A stretch of 64,000 nt of DNA from Octopus sinensis (Eukaryota), in assembly GCF_006345805.1 (NCBI RefSeq), contig NC_043000.1, positions 28,768,001 to 28,832,000 on the forward strand. Direction: 5' to 3'. Every line of letters starts with the position of its first letter. Position 1 is the first letter of the stretch. Made by a program: the position numbers and the translations under genes. This document shows, in pieces, positions 27,126-40,450 of the stretch. The notes below the pieces were generated by a model, which saw nothing but the letters and a program-made list of their open reading frames with translations, was not told the origin of the DNA and ran no database searches.

Positions 27126-28125
27126 AAATCTATATATTTGATAAAGGGAGCAGAGTTTTATAAGCCGTGTCATTTCAACGAGTTTCATTTTAAAAACTTG
27201 GGGAAAAGTTTGAACATTTTTCACGTCCCCCTTAATCAATAATTTCAAAACACTATTTTCCCCTCCAGAATTCAAATTCAATCATGCAGCCATGCTTTTC
27301 TCGAAAGGAGGCTTGTTTTTCCAATAATCATTGTAATAAACCCCAGTTTCCAAATGGATGATGTAGTTACATCCTTCTTATCATCAATAAATCGTAGATA
27401 TCCATGGTTTCTTGTATTATTGACATCATCCAAAGAAGCTTACTTCCGCAGAAGAAATCGTTTTTTATTTTGTGATCCCAGATATCAATATCGATCTGTT
27501 TATGCATGAGTTACCGAACGGTTTTTCTTTTTTCATACATTTTGGTCTCCCTAATATCTTCCATTTTTATCAGTTTCTGTCTTCTTATTGTTTTTTCTTT
27601 TATTGTTTCGCCTTAAGTCAGCGCTAACTGAGCAGATCTATGATTAGTGACTCCCCAATAACGACTTCGTCGTCTTGTTTCTTTCTTACAAAAACATTGC
27701 AGAGTATATGTCCGAAAACTTCTAGATGGCAGCCATTGCTAGCAAGCTATGTAAGAGTTTAGCGACTTCCTCATTGGTGTTTTTAAGTAGTTGTCTTCAT
27801 GATGCTCATATTCTTTGTCTGGATTTGCTTCCAAAAGTCTGTAAGAACTAAAATCATAAAGACATTGTCTTATAGTTTAGTGATATGAAATTGGTTTCTT
27901 CAGATTTGATTTTTCTGCATTCCAATGTGCTTGTTTAATTTTTTATTGTTTCATCTCCTTCTACAATAATTGAAATTTCTCTAAATAATCTGAATGTTTT
28001 TATTGTTTTGCCAACATCAATTTTATAATATAGATTATATAATGAAAGACCCATTTCCATCTAGTCTTAACCTTTTATATGGATAGTTTATATGGAATTT
28101 CCTTATATACTATATATCTTATATA

Positions 28126-28380
28126 CTAGCAGCTAAGCCCGGTTTCACCCGGTTGGTTTGGATGATGTGGCTGTAAAACCTGCTCTGTGTAAGCATTCGA
28201 CTTGTTTGGGCACGCTCACGTTAAAAAACAATTTTAGAATGACTTTTTTCTGTGAAAACGCTAAAAATAACTGACCAACAAAAATAACTGACCAACAAAA
28301 AAAAATCAAGATTGAACCAAATCAAAAGATAAACCCAAATATTAAGCGAACAAATATGAACCATCCCACTTCCATTGCAC
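28126..28380 (-). mobile_element. Helitron-like 3' end fragment
   Basis: Minus strand ends CCGG-GTGAAA-CCGG hairpin, 9 nt, then CTAG|T. Contains a 17-bp tandem duplication AAAATAACTGACCAACA. Confidence 0.5.
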
Positions 28381-29135
28381 GGGCTTCTTTCAGTTTCACC
28401 AAGTCCACTCACAAGACTTTGGTCGGCTCGAGGCTATAGTAGAAGACACTTGCCCAAGGTGCTACTTTAACCCGGAACCATGTGTTTGGTAAGCGCCATA
28501 TATATGTATATAGTTTAAGATGTAAATATATTAATGCTTGTAACGATCAATGCATAGTTATTTTCTTTATTTGTTTCACCCATCACAACTACAGAAGTCA
28601 AACGGGACAGCACCATTTTCCGATGCAAATGTAGTAGGTTTTTTTCTTTGTATGTTTGTGCAAATACACCCACGGCCCCGATGTTTTTGTTAAAGGACAT
28701 CAGCCACCGCCGAGACATCTCTAGTTGATAAATCTTGGAATGGTTGAGGGATTAAGAAGCTTCCTTAGCAACCACCTGGCTTCCGGTTCCGTCACACCGT
28801 GTAACACTGCGGGGCAAGTGTCCTCCACCATATCTCAGGACCGTCCAATACCTTGTGAGTAAATTTAATAGACGGAAAGTGAGTGAAACTCGTCATATTT
28901 ATATTTATGTGTGTGAAACTCGGTCGCAATCCACCACTACATGACATGGTGTGTTGGTTTGTTTGCGTCACCGTACTTAGAGATTCTGGAGAAGGTCAGT
29001 AGAATAAGTACCAGATATAATAAATAACTACTGCTGTTTATTCGTCCGACTAAAATCATTCAAGGCGGTGACCCAGCATGGTCGTATTGCAGTCAGTGAA
29101 ACAAGTAAAAGATAAAAGATATAAAAGAATGAAAG
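28381..29135. mobile_element. Family A SINE fragment (28381-28495, -) and old copy (about 28735-29135, +)
   Basis: Homology to family A. Confidence 0.7.
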
Positions 29136-29170
29136 AATAAGAGAATTAGCATTCGCTTATCGTTATAATT

Positions 29171-29884
29171 ATTCTTTTACACGTTTCATTTGACTGCAGC
29201 CATGCTGGTACACCACCTTTAGTCGAAGGAAACGACCCCAGGACATTCTTTGTAGGCCTACTACTCATTCTATCGGGCTATTTTGCCGAACCGCTAGATA
29301 TCGAGAGACATAAAAAGCGATGGTGCTGGGGGACAAACACGGACACAAAGACACACAAACATAGATATCTATACATATATACTCTTTACTCTTTTACTCT
29401 TTTACTTATTTCAGTCAATTTGACTGCGGCCATTCTGGAGCACCGCCTTTAGTCGAGCAAATCGACCCTAGTACTTATTCTATCGGTTTCCTTATGCCGA
29501 ATCGCTAAGTTACGAGGACATAAACATAACAGCATCGGTTGTCAAGCTATGTTGGGGGGACAAATACAGACACGCAAACACACACACATGTATATACATA
29601 TACATATATACGACAGGGTTCTTTCAAGACACTTGCCAAAGCTGCCACGCAATGGGACTGAACCCGGAACCATGTGGTTGGTAAGCAAGCTACTTACCAC
29701 ACAGCCACTCCTGCGCCTATATATAAATACACGGCGGTCTTCTATCAATTTCCATCTATCGAAACCATTCACAAGGCTTTCATCGACCCGAAGCTGTAGT
29801 AGAAGACACTTACCCAAAGTGCATCGCAATGGAACTGAACCCGGAGCCGCGTGGTTGGGAAGCAAGCTTCTTACCACACAGCCA
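29171..29884 (-). mobile_element. Nested family A SINEs: inner copy 29381-29717 inside the microsatellite of an outer copy
   Basis: Order is outer tail, then inner tail to inner head, then outer head. Confidence 0.8.
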
Positions 29885-30109
29885 GTTTTATAACGATTAG
29901 TTGGCCACAACACATTGTGGCGCGGTAGAATATATGAGAGTGATCCATATTTTGCTCTTGTCTATAATCGAGAAAAGACGATTTCATGTTGTTCTTTCAG
30001 CAGACGAAATTCCAAGAAAAAGAGTCCGTCTATGAGCCATTTTCGCATTGAAGCAAACTGACTGATTTTTTGGGGTTTTTTTTTATTTTTTTATTTCAAT
30101 ACTATAGTC

Positions 30110-30335
30110 TCGGGTGTATAGTCGGAAAAAAAACCCCTGTGGATTTCCCTTTATCCGCTTAACCACTGAGTCTTCTTTCTTTGATCTTGCTTTTTCATCA
30201 CAGGAGCTTATTAATACAGCTTCAATAGTTTTAATCTTCTTTTCTAGTTTTATCCATGCTGGAGCTGGATTGCTCAAGTCTTTGGCAATATCCGAAGTCT
30301 CCTCAAGAGGATTCGCCTGTATTTTAGATTTATTT
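30110..30335 (-). pseudogene. LINE ORF2-like fragment (CR1/Jockey-type endonuclease-RT linker)
   Basis: EKKIKTIEAVLISS...EDSVVKRIKGNPQGFF resembles the IKxNPKxF linker motif (from memory). Confidence 0.4.
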
Positions 30336-30344
30336 TTGCTTTTA

Positions 30345-30388
30345 TTATCATCATCATTATTATTATTATTATTATATTATTATTATTA

Positions 30389-30427
<39 letters not shown>

Positions 30428-30479
30428 TGGTGGTGGTGGTGGTGGTGGTGGTGGTGGTGGTGGTGGTGGTGGTTTTTTA

Positions 30480-30545
<66 letters not shown>
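30345..30545. repeat. Compound (ATT)n-(GGT)n-(AGT)n microsatellite
   Basis: Direct reading. Followed by a family B SINE head (about 30548-30620). Confidence 0.93.
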
Positions 30546-30547
<2 letters not shown>

Positions 30548-30639
30548 AGATGGCAAGCTGGCAATCGTTAGCACGTTGGGCAGAATGCTTAGCGGCATTT
30601 CATCCGTCTTAACGTTCTGAGAGTATATATATATATATA

Positions 30640-30836
30640 GGGAGCGTTTACGAAAAAAAAACAAAAGACGAAGACAGGTGGTGTACAAAACAAACAGATG
30701 TATTAGTATAACGATCAGGAATAGAAAAAGTCTTTTACGTTTCGAGCCTACGCTCTTCTACGAAAAGGGACACAGAAAAAATAAGGAGAGAAACGAGGAA
30801 AGAAGAAAATGTGTGTAGTGGCTAACGATCTATCAT
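30640..30836 (-). mobile_element. Family H short element (copy 3) with HHR-like motif at 30731-30768
   Basis: Minus strand CCTTT-TCGTAGA-A-GAGC(GTAG)GCTC-GAAAC-GTA-AAAGA. (TA)n on both sides. Confidence 0.8.
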
Positions 30837-30976
30837 ATATATATATAAATGAAGTGCTTGTCTTAAAAAGATCATATCATGACTGTGAGTGTTTATACAT
30901 GTGTGAGCGAGTAAATACATACGTTCATACATAGGCATGCACACACACACAAATACATACACACACACACACACAC

Positions 30977-31025
<49 letters not shown>

Positions 31026-31096
31026 TAATATATAAGTATATCAAATATATATGTATATATACAAGGGTGAGAAAATATTCTAATAAAGGGGCATAT

Positions 31097-31153
31097 AAGC
31101 CCACGACAGAAAAAGAAGGCTTTCCTATCCGCATGTATATGTATATATGTATA

Positions 31154-31192
<39 letters not shown>

Positions 31193-31769
31193 TCGAGTGT
31201 GAGTCAAAAAGTAATGCCATTTTGTTTAGGACTGGTATAATTACCAACACAGGGACATGTATCATACATCAAAAGAAAGCTGGTCCTCTGTGGATCACAT
31301 CCCTATTTCTCGGCGTAGTTACCATTTCTCTCAATAGCAATGTTCTACCTCCAAATGAGAGCATGTATCCCCTGCCCCGTAAAATTCTGTTGACTGTTCT
31401 TTGAGTCACTTCTTCACTACAGTTTTCACTTCCTCGTCACTGGAATAATGTTTGCCTCTCATACTTTCTTTCTTGGGGCCGAAGAGATGATTGTCTGAAT
31501 GCACTAAATCATTCCAGTGACGAGGAAGTGAAAACTGTAGTGAAGAAGTGGCTTAAAGAACAACCAACATAATTTTACAGGGCAGGGATACATGCTCTCA
31601 TTTGGAGGTAGAACATTGCTATTTTGCTATTGAGAGAGATACGGTGACTATGTTGAGAAGTAGGGATGTGATCCACAGAGGACCAGCATCATTTTGATGT
31701 ATGATACATGTTCCTGTGTTGGTAATTATACCTGACCTAAACAAAATGGCATTACATTTTGACTCACCC

Positions 31770-31838
<69 letters not shown>

Positions 31839-31874
31839 GCGGTTAGGAAAGCTTTTTTTTTTTGTCGTGGGCTT
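31097..31874. mobile_element. Outer TIR element (AAGCCCACGACAG...CCGCATG) hosting the mariner fold-back
   Basis: About 45-bp inverted termini. ATAT on both sides (31093-96, 31875-78). Confidence 0.7.
31192..31772. mobile_element. Mariner-derived fold-back MITE made of two 3' ends
   Basis: Arms 31194-31446 and 31511-31772 with a 64-bp spacer. Encodes mariner C-terminal HLFGPKKESMRGKHYSSDEEVKTVVKKWLKEQ...GDYVEK. Termini are of the CGAGGGTGAGTCAAAA type. Confidence 0.9.
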
Positions 31875-32483
31875 ATATTTTCCTTAGTCATTGCACGCTG
31901 ATCGCCGTAAAATTTTAAGCGTATATAAAAATACCATTATCATTATTTACAGGATTGTAAAAACGGCACCATATTAAAAAAGACATTTGCACCGAAGTTG
32001 TGGTGGTGGTGGTTGTTGTCGACGTTGCGGTAGCAGTGTTGGTGGTAGATCGTTGATGTTGTTTAGCCCCAGGCCTGCTCTGATCAAGCCTATATATGAT
32101 CGGACATTTTCCACGTATGACCCAGCCGTCTACTTGTATATCAATGATTATATTATCCTATGCATCCTTCTTTATTTAAGGTGTTAGAGTGTGGTTTGTG
32201 GGCTATTTAATTACTATTTTCAGCAAATCAGAAGGTCACAAGATTGTACTGCAAGATTTTAAATCAATAGGACGAAAAACAATTCTCTGTTTCATTGATC
32301 GATGAAAAAGAGAATGAATACAACGGTTAAAATGTGTCAGAGAGAGAGGGGGTAAGGCGGGAGAGACGGCTGACCATTCAAGCAGGATATATCTTATAGA
32401 ATGCAGTTCAGAATGTGCCGTTGATGCACCGTCCTAGATGCATGAAGAATTTTCAAGTAAAGGATTAATTATTAGCTATCAAA

Positions 32484-32872
32484 CAGGAGTGGCTGTGTGG
32501 TAAGTAGCCTGCTTACCAACCACTTGGTTCCGGGTTCAGTCCCTTGGGTAAGTGTCTTCTACTATAGACTCGGGCCGACCAAAGCCTTGTAAGTGGATTT
32601 GGTAGACGGAAACTGAAAGAAGCCCGTCGTGTATATGTATATATATGCGTGTGTGTGTTTGTGTTCTGTGTTTGTCCCCCCACCCAACATCGCTTGACAA
32701 CCGATGCTGATGCGTTTACGTCCCCGTAACTTAGCGATTCGGCAAAAAAGACCAATAGAATAAGTACTAGGCTTACAAAGAATAAGTCCTAGGGTCGATT
32801 TCCTCGACTGAAGGCGTTGCTCCAGCATGGCCGCGATCAAATGACTTAAACAAGTCAAATAGTTAAAGAGTA
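32484..32872 (+). mobile_element. Family A SINE
   Basis: Homology to family A. Confidence 0.88.
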
Positions 32873-33654
32873 ACAAGATGTCCTCCCTGTGTCCAGGAGA
32901 CCGTTTGTCAAGACTCTCCAGTTCTCTCTTTGTTATGCTGCAGGCACGCAGTCAGCCAGGCTCTTGTTTCCGAATTATTCACCGACAGCATCGGTCGAAA
33001 ACCTCTTTCACAGCCTCTTGCTCCCTTTTTATTCACACTTCCTGCTAGGATGGTCTAGGGTTATGTCTCGTGGCGCATCGTATGTACAAAATGTGATAGT
33101 AAAGATTTTCTTAACGAACTAGTTTTCTAGCTGCAAATCCAATAACTGTGTGACACTTTATTTACATTGCAGGCTAGGTCAGACTATCGCTATGTCTAGC
33201 AGGCGAGTATCCATCGCTGAGGATAATCAAGTAAGATCGAAATTACGTGATATGGTGTTCTCCAAGGATAGTAGGAAGTTCTTTCTCTGCTTGCAATACA
33301 TATCGAGTGCGAAGCGCATGAATAACCAGCTGGAGGAGGCGTCTTCCTGGTTTAAAATACCAATATCGTCTGTTCTTATAGAACACCCACATTTTGGTAG
33401 CGATAAAATTACTTGGTGGATTTAATTTTCGACGGCAGGTGTCTCTGGACTTTCAGGTTTTTTTACGACTAGAGTGTTTGTTACCCTGTCTCTAGTACTG
33501 GAGTGTTTGTTACTCTGGCTGTTTTAGTACTAGAGTGTTTGATTGCCTGTCTTTCCAGCTTGTTTTGTCCAATCTATCTTGTGTTCTGTTGCTCTGTACA
33601 TTGTCCAAGCTTCAGACTGAAACAAGTAATAGATACATGATGTATCTATACAAC

Positions 33655-33891
33655 ATACCTATTTCTTTATAACCCACAAAGGGCTAAACACAGAGAGGAC
33701 AAACAAGGACAGACAGACGGATTAAGTCGATTATATCGACCCCAGTGCGTAACTGGTGCTTATTTAATCGACCCCGAAAGGATGAAAGGCAAAGTTGACC
33801 TCGGCGGAATTTGAACTTAGAACGTAAAGGCAGACGAAGTACGGCTACGCATTTCGCCCAGCGTGCTAACGTTTCTGCCAGCTCGCCGCCC
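33655..33891 (-). mobile_element. Family B SINE monomer
   Basis: A and B boxes. Tail ends AAAGAAATAGGTAT. Confidence 0.88.
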
Positions 33892-34109
33892 TCTATACAA
33901 CATACCGGTCTCGTTAAAACCATCACGATCGAACTAAAGTCATAAGTGGGACATTGGTTATAATTTGGCATTTTCAGTGAGCGACACGTTCAGATTATGA
34001 AGCTTACGTCGACTCCCAATATTGAAGTTTTTCTCAGATATTTTGCATCTATCGTTTTTAAAGAAGTTGCCTCTAAGATATTTGCCACTACTTATGCTTC
34101 TTGTTGTTA

Positions 34110-34151
34110 TCGTTGAGACTGTTGGTGCTGCAGCTGCTACTGCTGTTGCCG

Positions 34152-34197
<46 letters not shown>

Positions 34198-34487
34198 CGT
34201 TGTTGTTGCTGCTGTTGCTGCTGTTGCTGCTGCTGCTGCCTGCCGTTTTCCTTTCTGAAACGACATTTACCAGCTGCAAAGTTCAATGACCAAGGTGTAA
34301 GTTATTAATGTAGTAGGTGTTGCGGATGCTGCTGCTGATGATGATGCGGAGGAGGAGGAGGAAGAGGAGAAAGAGGAAGATTATTATAACCATCATCATC
34401 ATGACTAAGAGGATGACGATGACAGCTATACTCATGACTGCGACGGAAACAAGAACGCTGCCGTGTTGAATATGATGATGATGATGT

Positions 34488-34531
<44 letters not shown>

Positions 34532-34870
34532 ATGGAGATGATGATGCTGGTGATGATGATGAGGATGATGATGGTGATGATGATGATGATGAGGATGATG
34601 ATGGTGATGATGATGATGACAATGAGGTTTATAATAACGATGGCGATATAAGATGATGAGATGATGAGATGATGAGATGATGAGGTGGAAGAGGACAGAG
34701 GTCGTGGTTATAATGGTCGTAAAGGTTAGAGCAGTCATGGCGGTGCCATCGTTGCCTTTGCTGCTGTTGTCATTATTTTAGTTGTTGCTATGTTGTTGTT
34801 GTTGCTACTGTTGTTGTTGTTATTGTTGTTCTGGTTGTTGTTGTTGTTGTTGTTGTTGTTGTTAGCCCCA
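34110..34870. repeat. (GTT)n/(GCT)n/(GAT)n trinucleotide complex
   Basis: Direct reading. Confidence 0.92.
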
Positions 34871-35046
34871 GTTTTGTATCTCTAGCTGTTCATCTTAGCA
34901 ACGTTGCCAGCAGAGAAACTCGCCCAATGAAGTCGATAATTATTTCCTTCGTAAAACTTAATGAGTTCACAGATAAAGTCATTAGCGATAATTGAATCAT
35001 TTCCCACTTCACTGCACCTTCTCTCTCTCTCTCTTTCTCTCTCTAC

Positions 35047-35079
<33 letters not shown>

Positions 35080-35263
35080 ATATATATATATTTCTCTCCC
35101 TCTCTCCCCTCTCTTCCTCTCTCTCTCGCTCTCTCTGTCCTCTCTTTCTCTTTCGTTCTATCCTACTTCGCTAAACCTGCTTCCCCTTTATTTCCCAATT
35201 CAATATACCATCCCTGTCTCTTTCTCATTCTTTACCACTTCATTACACCTCTCTCTCTCTCTT

Positions 35264-35298
<35 letters not shown>

Positions 35299-35468
35299 AT
35301 CAATCTATCAGTCTCAATGTCTAGCTATCTGTCTATCTTTCGTCGCTTCTTTCTCATTAAATCTGTTCATTTGTCTCGCTCTTCTCTCCCATTCTGCTCC
35401 TCTTTCTATCTCTCTGTAACTCTCAATATTTCTTTCATTTCTCTCTCCCTCTCTCTCACACATACTCA

Positions 35469-35471
<3 letters not shown>

Positions 35472-35508
<37 letters not shown>

Positions 35509-35567
35509 TATACATATATACATATACATGCGGATAGGAAAGCCTTCTTTTTCTGTCGTGGGCTTAT
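35472..35567 (-). repeat. 96-bp exact inverted copy of 31095-31190
   Basis: Base-by-base identity, including (GT)17. Confidence 0.9.
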
Positions 35568-36017
35568 TCTAAATCTCCCATCGAAACCCTCTGCCTCTCA
35601 TCCTTCTCTCTCTACTCTTTCACTCCTTTGCGACCTCACTACCTTCTATCTCTCCCGTTTTCTTGCCTTTCCTTCCCTACCTCTTTCTTCCTTCCCACAC
35701 ACTCACCCATCCTTATTTACCCAATCACACGCACACAATTACATACGCACACAAACACACAAGCACACGTTTTCCATACGTAAAAATGTCTGCCTGTTCC
35801 TGGGATAATTGTTCTTTTGAAACTCTAAAATATATTATTCTTTTTTTCTTTTACTTATCTCAGTCATGGAACTGCGACCATGCTGGAGCACCGCCACTAT
35901 TTGTTTCATTTGACGATATCGACCAAAGTCCTTTGCTTGTCATTTGGTCGACCTTGGCGAAGGATGAAAGGCGGAGTTCTCTTCCCTGAGGCGAAGCGAA
36001 CGAAGTAGAGTACTTTT

Positions 36018-36136
36018 GTCGACGCACCCATTATTTGCTATTTGTATTAACACGCACACACACAAACCACTTGTACACATAAGTGTATGTGTTGTTGTTT
36101 CTGTCAGTGTTAATTACAAAAAATTGGTGCGTCGAC
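36018..36136. mobile_element. Small MITE-like hairpin element
   Basis: Inverted termini GTCGACGCACC...ATTAACAC and GTGTTAAT...GGTGCGTCGAC. No TSD seen. Confidence 0.5.
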
Positions 36137-36210
36137 CTAATTGTATGTTGCCATGTTAAGTTCTGTATTCTCTGTGTTCGACCGATACCTGATTTGTTGT
36201 TCGTTTTTTC

Positions 36211-36499
36211 TCGAGCCATGCCTGGCTCATAAGGGCCGGTTTCTCGATTTCTTGGTGTATACGTTCCCCACCTGGTCGGGACGCCGGTCCGTCGCAGGTG
36301 AGCTGAAAGATGCAATAGGAAAGAGTGAATGAAAGTTGTGGCGAAAGAGTCAGCAGAAGTTCGCCATTATCCTCTGCCGGAGCCTCGTGGAGCTTAGGTG
36401 TTTCGCTCATAAACACACATAGCGCCCGGTCTGAGATTCGAACCCGCGATCGCTCGACCGCGAGTCCACTGATCTAACCACTAGGCCATGTGCCTCCAC
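36211..36499 (-). mobile_element. Family C SINE (tail C1)
   Basis: Homology to 11296-11586. Confidence 0.82.
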
Positions 36500-36629
36500 C
36501 GTTACCTGATTGAACACATACGACATAAAATGTCAATTGAGTGGCTAATCAACAACTTTCGATGTGAAAATCTGCATCGTATAAAGAATATTTCAATACA
36601 CAGTCTTTACTTTTTAAGCACAAATATAC

Positions 36630-36770
36630 AGTGGCTGTGTGGTAAGTAGCTTGCTTACCAACCACATGGATCCGGGTTCAGTCCCACTGCGTGGAATCTT
36701 GGGCAAGTGTCTCCTACTATACCCTATATTACTATATTAGTAAACGGAAACTGAAAAAAGCCTGTCGTAT
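36630..36770 (+). mobile_element. Family A SINE head fragment
   Basis: A box and GGGTTCAGTCCC B box. Confidence 0.8.
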
Positions 36771-36860
36771 ATATATATATGTATATATATATATATTATA
36801 TATATATATTATATATATATTATATATGCACACACATATAGATACATATACACACGCACG

Positions 36861-36892
<32 letters not shown>

Positions 36893-36970
36893 CACACACA
36901 AACAGACATTTATATATATATGTGCACGCGTTTGTTTCTGTGTGTGAAGAAAGAAAGAAAGAAAGAAGGA

Positions 36971-37042
<72 letters not shown>

Positions 37043-37334
37043 AGGAAAGAAGGAAAGAAGCTTTTCTGAGTTCACGCAGGTTTTGTTTCTCGTACTACTT
37101 CTATATATGTTTTTTTCTATATGATTGTTGTTGCTTCTGTTGTTAATGTTGTTGTTCTTATCGTCGTTACTGTCATGTCTGGCGCTGCTGTTGATAATCC
37201 CAAATACAACCCTGGTCGAACAAGGATTATGACAAATAAAAAAAACGGTTCAACCGCAACTGTAGTTCCAATATTTTTTCCTTAACTGAAGACGGCAAAA
37301 TACGATCTGGAGAAAATTAGCCATTTTTTCCCCA

Positions 37335-37479
<145 letters not shown>

Positions 37480-37579
37480 CCTTCGAAGATCGGGTTTCTT
37501 CAATGAACTCTATCTGCTGCTTTTATTGCTACGGCTAAACCTCTACTACTGATGGTTTTTTTTTTATCCTCTTCCAGTA

Positions 37580-37915
37580 TAGGAGCAGGAATGGCTGTGT
37601 GGTAAGTAGCTTGCTTACTAACCACATGGTTCCAGTTTCAGTCCCACTGCGTGGCACCTTGGGCAAGTGTCTTCTACTATAGCCCCGGGCCGAATAAAGC
37701 CTTGTGAGTAGATTTGGTAGACGGAAACTGAAAGAGGCCAGTCGTATATGTGTGTGTGAGTGTGTGGTGTGTGTGTGTGTGTGAGCGTGTTTGTGTGCGC
37801 GTGCGTGTGTGTGTATATATGTTTGTGTGTCTGTTCCCTCCTTCCCAAAAAAACATCGCTTGACAACCGATGCTGGTGTGTTTGCGTCCCCGTAACTTAG
37901 TGGTTCGGCGAAAAA
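37580..37915 (+). mobile_element. Family A SINE, 3'-truncated by (GATA)n
   Basis: Homology to family A. Confidence 0.85.
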
Positions 37916-37945
37916 GTTTGATAGGTAGATAGGTAGATGGATAGG

Positions 37946-38006
<61 letters not shown>

Positions 38007-38104
38007 TGATAGATAGATAGAAGATGGATGGATGGATGGATGGATGGATAGATAGATAGATAGATGCATACATACATACATACATACATACATACATGCA
38101 TACA

Positions 38105-38138
<34 letters not shown>

Positions 38139-38678
38139 CATACATATATACATACATACGTATGTTTGTATTCCGTATGTCTCTAGTCCGTAGACTTGTG
38201 CTCCTACATGAGTCGGTCTGTCTGTCTGCCTGTTTTTCTGTACGTCAGCCTGTATGTATTATGTATGTAGGAGTATGTGGGTCAGCTCTCTTATTTTGCT
38301 CAAGTGTCAACTCCTAATTACATATATGTAATGTTAAATTTAAATCTTTCACAGAGTAAACATCCAAAAATAGTCATTTTCTTCAGAGGTTTTCATTTAT
38401 GTATTTATTTACGCATTTCTTTTTTCTAGTTATGGCAGCCATATTGACAGACGTTCCTTGTCTTTCATTATTTCAAATGTTTATTTTCCTTTTTCTGCTT
38501 CTCTTTTCAACATATTGCAACATCGCTTCTTGTTTTAGATCATATGTTGTTATTGGTGTTTTTGTTGCTGTCGACGTTGTTTTTGTTGTTGCCGTCATTG
38601 TCACTGAAGCTTTTGCTGCTGTTGTCGTTGTCGTAATCATCGCCGTTGTCGCTTTTGTTGTGACACTTGTTGTTGTTG

Positions 38679-38723
<45 letters not shown>

Positions 38724-39266
38724 GTTGTTGTTGTTGCTGCTGTTGTTGTTGTTCTGTTGTGGTGGTTACAGCTCTTAATGATAATGATAATTATATTACT
38801 CATGATCTTTCAATTATTTTATCATGAAACGCGAGTGTATGCTTCTATGTATTTGTATGTATTCTATATATGTATGTGTGTATGACAGTGAGAGAAACAA
38901 ACAAGCAGATGGACAGGCAGGAAAACACTGAGAGAGAGAGAGGGGGGAGACAGCAGACAGACAGACAGACAAACAGATAGACAGACTGACAGACAGAGAC
39001 AGAGACAGAGAGACAGAGCGACAGAGACAGTGTATATTTATAAATATCTACGCAAATGAGCGCTCTTGAGTAGATTTAGATATTTCGAAATCATAAATAT
39101 ATATAGATGAAAGAAAGATGATCGTTTGTATGTATGGATGTGTGTATGTATATGTATGTATATACATGTGAGTTTGTGTGTATGTATGCTTACGTATATA
39201 TATGTATTATATGTTAGATATGTGTTAATACAAATGTATGTGTACACACACACACACACACACACA

Positions 39267-39311
<45 letters not shown>

Positions 39312-39574
39312 TACTCACACGCATATATACACTTTAAAACACTCACAGTCACTACAAACAGTCTTATAAAACCATTCATTAATATCTGAAAATGTTTGTG
39401 TATACATATGTGTGTGTGTGTGTGTGTGTGTGTCTTTGTGTGTGCGCGCGCATGCGTAATAGAAAAGAAAACGTACAAAAACATACAAAATGTTGCTTTT
39501 CGAGATATGCAGAAACTGAGAAACATGGCATAACTGTTGTAAAGAACTTTATATGTGCGTGAGATACTTGGGAG

Positions 39575-39683
<109 letters not shown>

Positions 39684-40325
39684 AAATTAGAGACCGACGG
39701 AAGGGAAGAAGAAAAGCTGTGAAGTAAAAGCATGAATCATAATTTATTTCTGAGGTTATCTACCATAATAGAGAAAGAAATATGTCGGCCGATACACGCA
39801 AACAAACAAAACAGTTTCATACTCAGATGGTATTTGATGACACAAAATTTAATGGGACATCAAAAATATAAAGTTATGAAACCAATGCATGGAATGAAAA
39901 TCTAAATTAATTGTTAGCACCGGATCTCAGAATAATATGAATCTTTTACTCGTATGTCCTAGGGAGGTGGTGAGTCGCTCTGATTAGTCAGTATTTCATT
40001 TATATGGTGACAACCAGTGAAAGAAAAATGGCGACAATGTTTCATAATTTATAATTTGTCTACGAATCCATTGACGTATAATTTTTGGAGTAATTAAATT
40101 AAGAGTTTTACTCGTATGAGAATAGGAGAATATAAAACCATGCTTTCGTGTGAATTTGGATGCTTTATTTACAAGCATGCTAACACAATCACACGAATAC
40201 ACGCACAAAACATATATATATATGCATATGTATGTATATATGTATGTACGTATTATGTACGTATGTTATGTTTGTGTGTATGTGGGAATACATAAATTTG
40301 TCATGCACATGTGAATGTGCATATA

Positions 40326-40356
<31 letters not shown>

Positions 40357-40417
40357 ATTATATATATATAGATATATAAGATGTCAATGTGTATTTTATG
40401 TATAAGTATATTATTAT

Positions 40418-40450
<33 letters not shown>

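Noticed and set aside
34283-34738. Poly-His ORF, also poly-Gln 38540-38803 and Gly-rich 54979-55431 and 59540-60025
   Set aside because: Trinucleotide arrays open in several frames at once, with no unique coding sequence.
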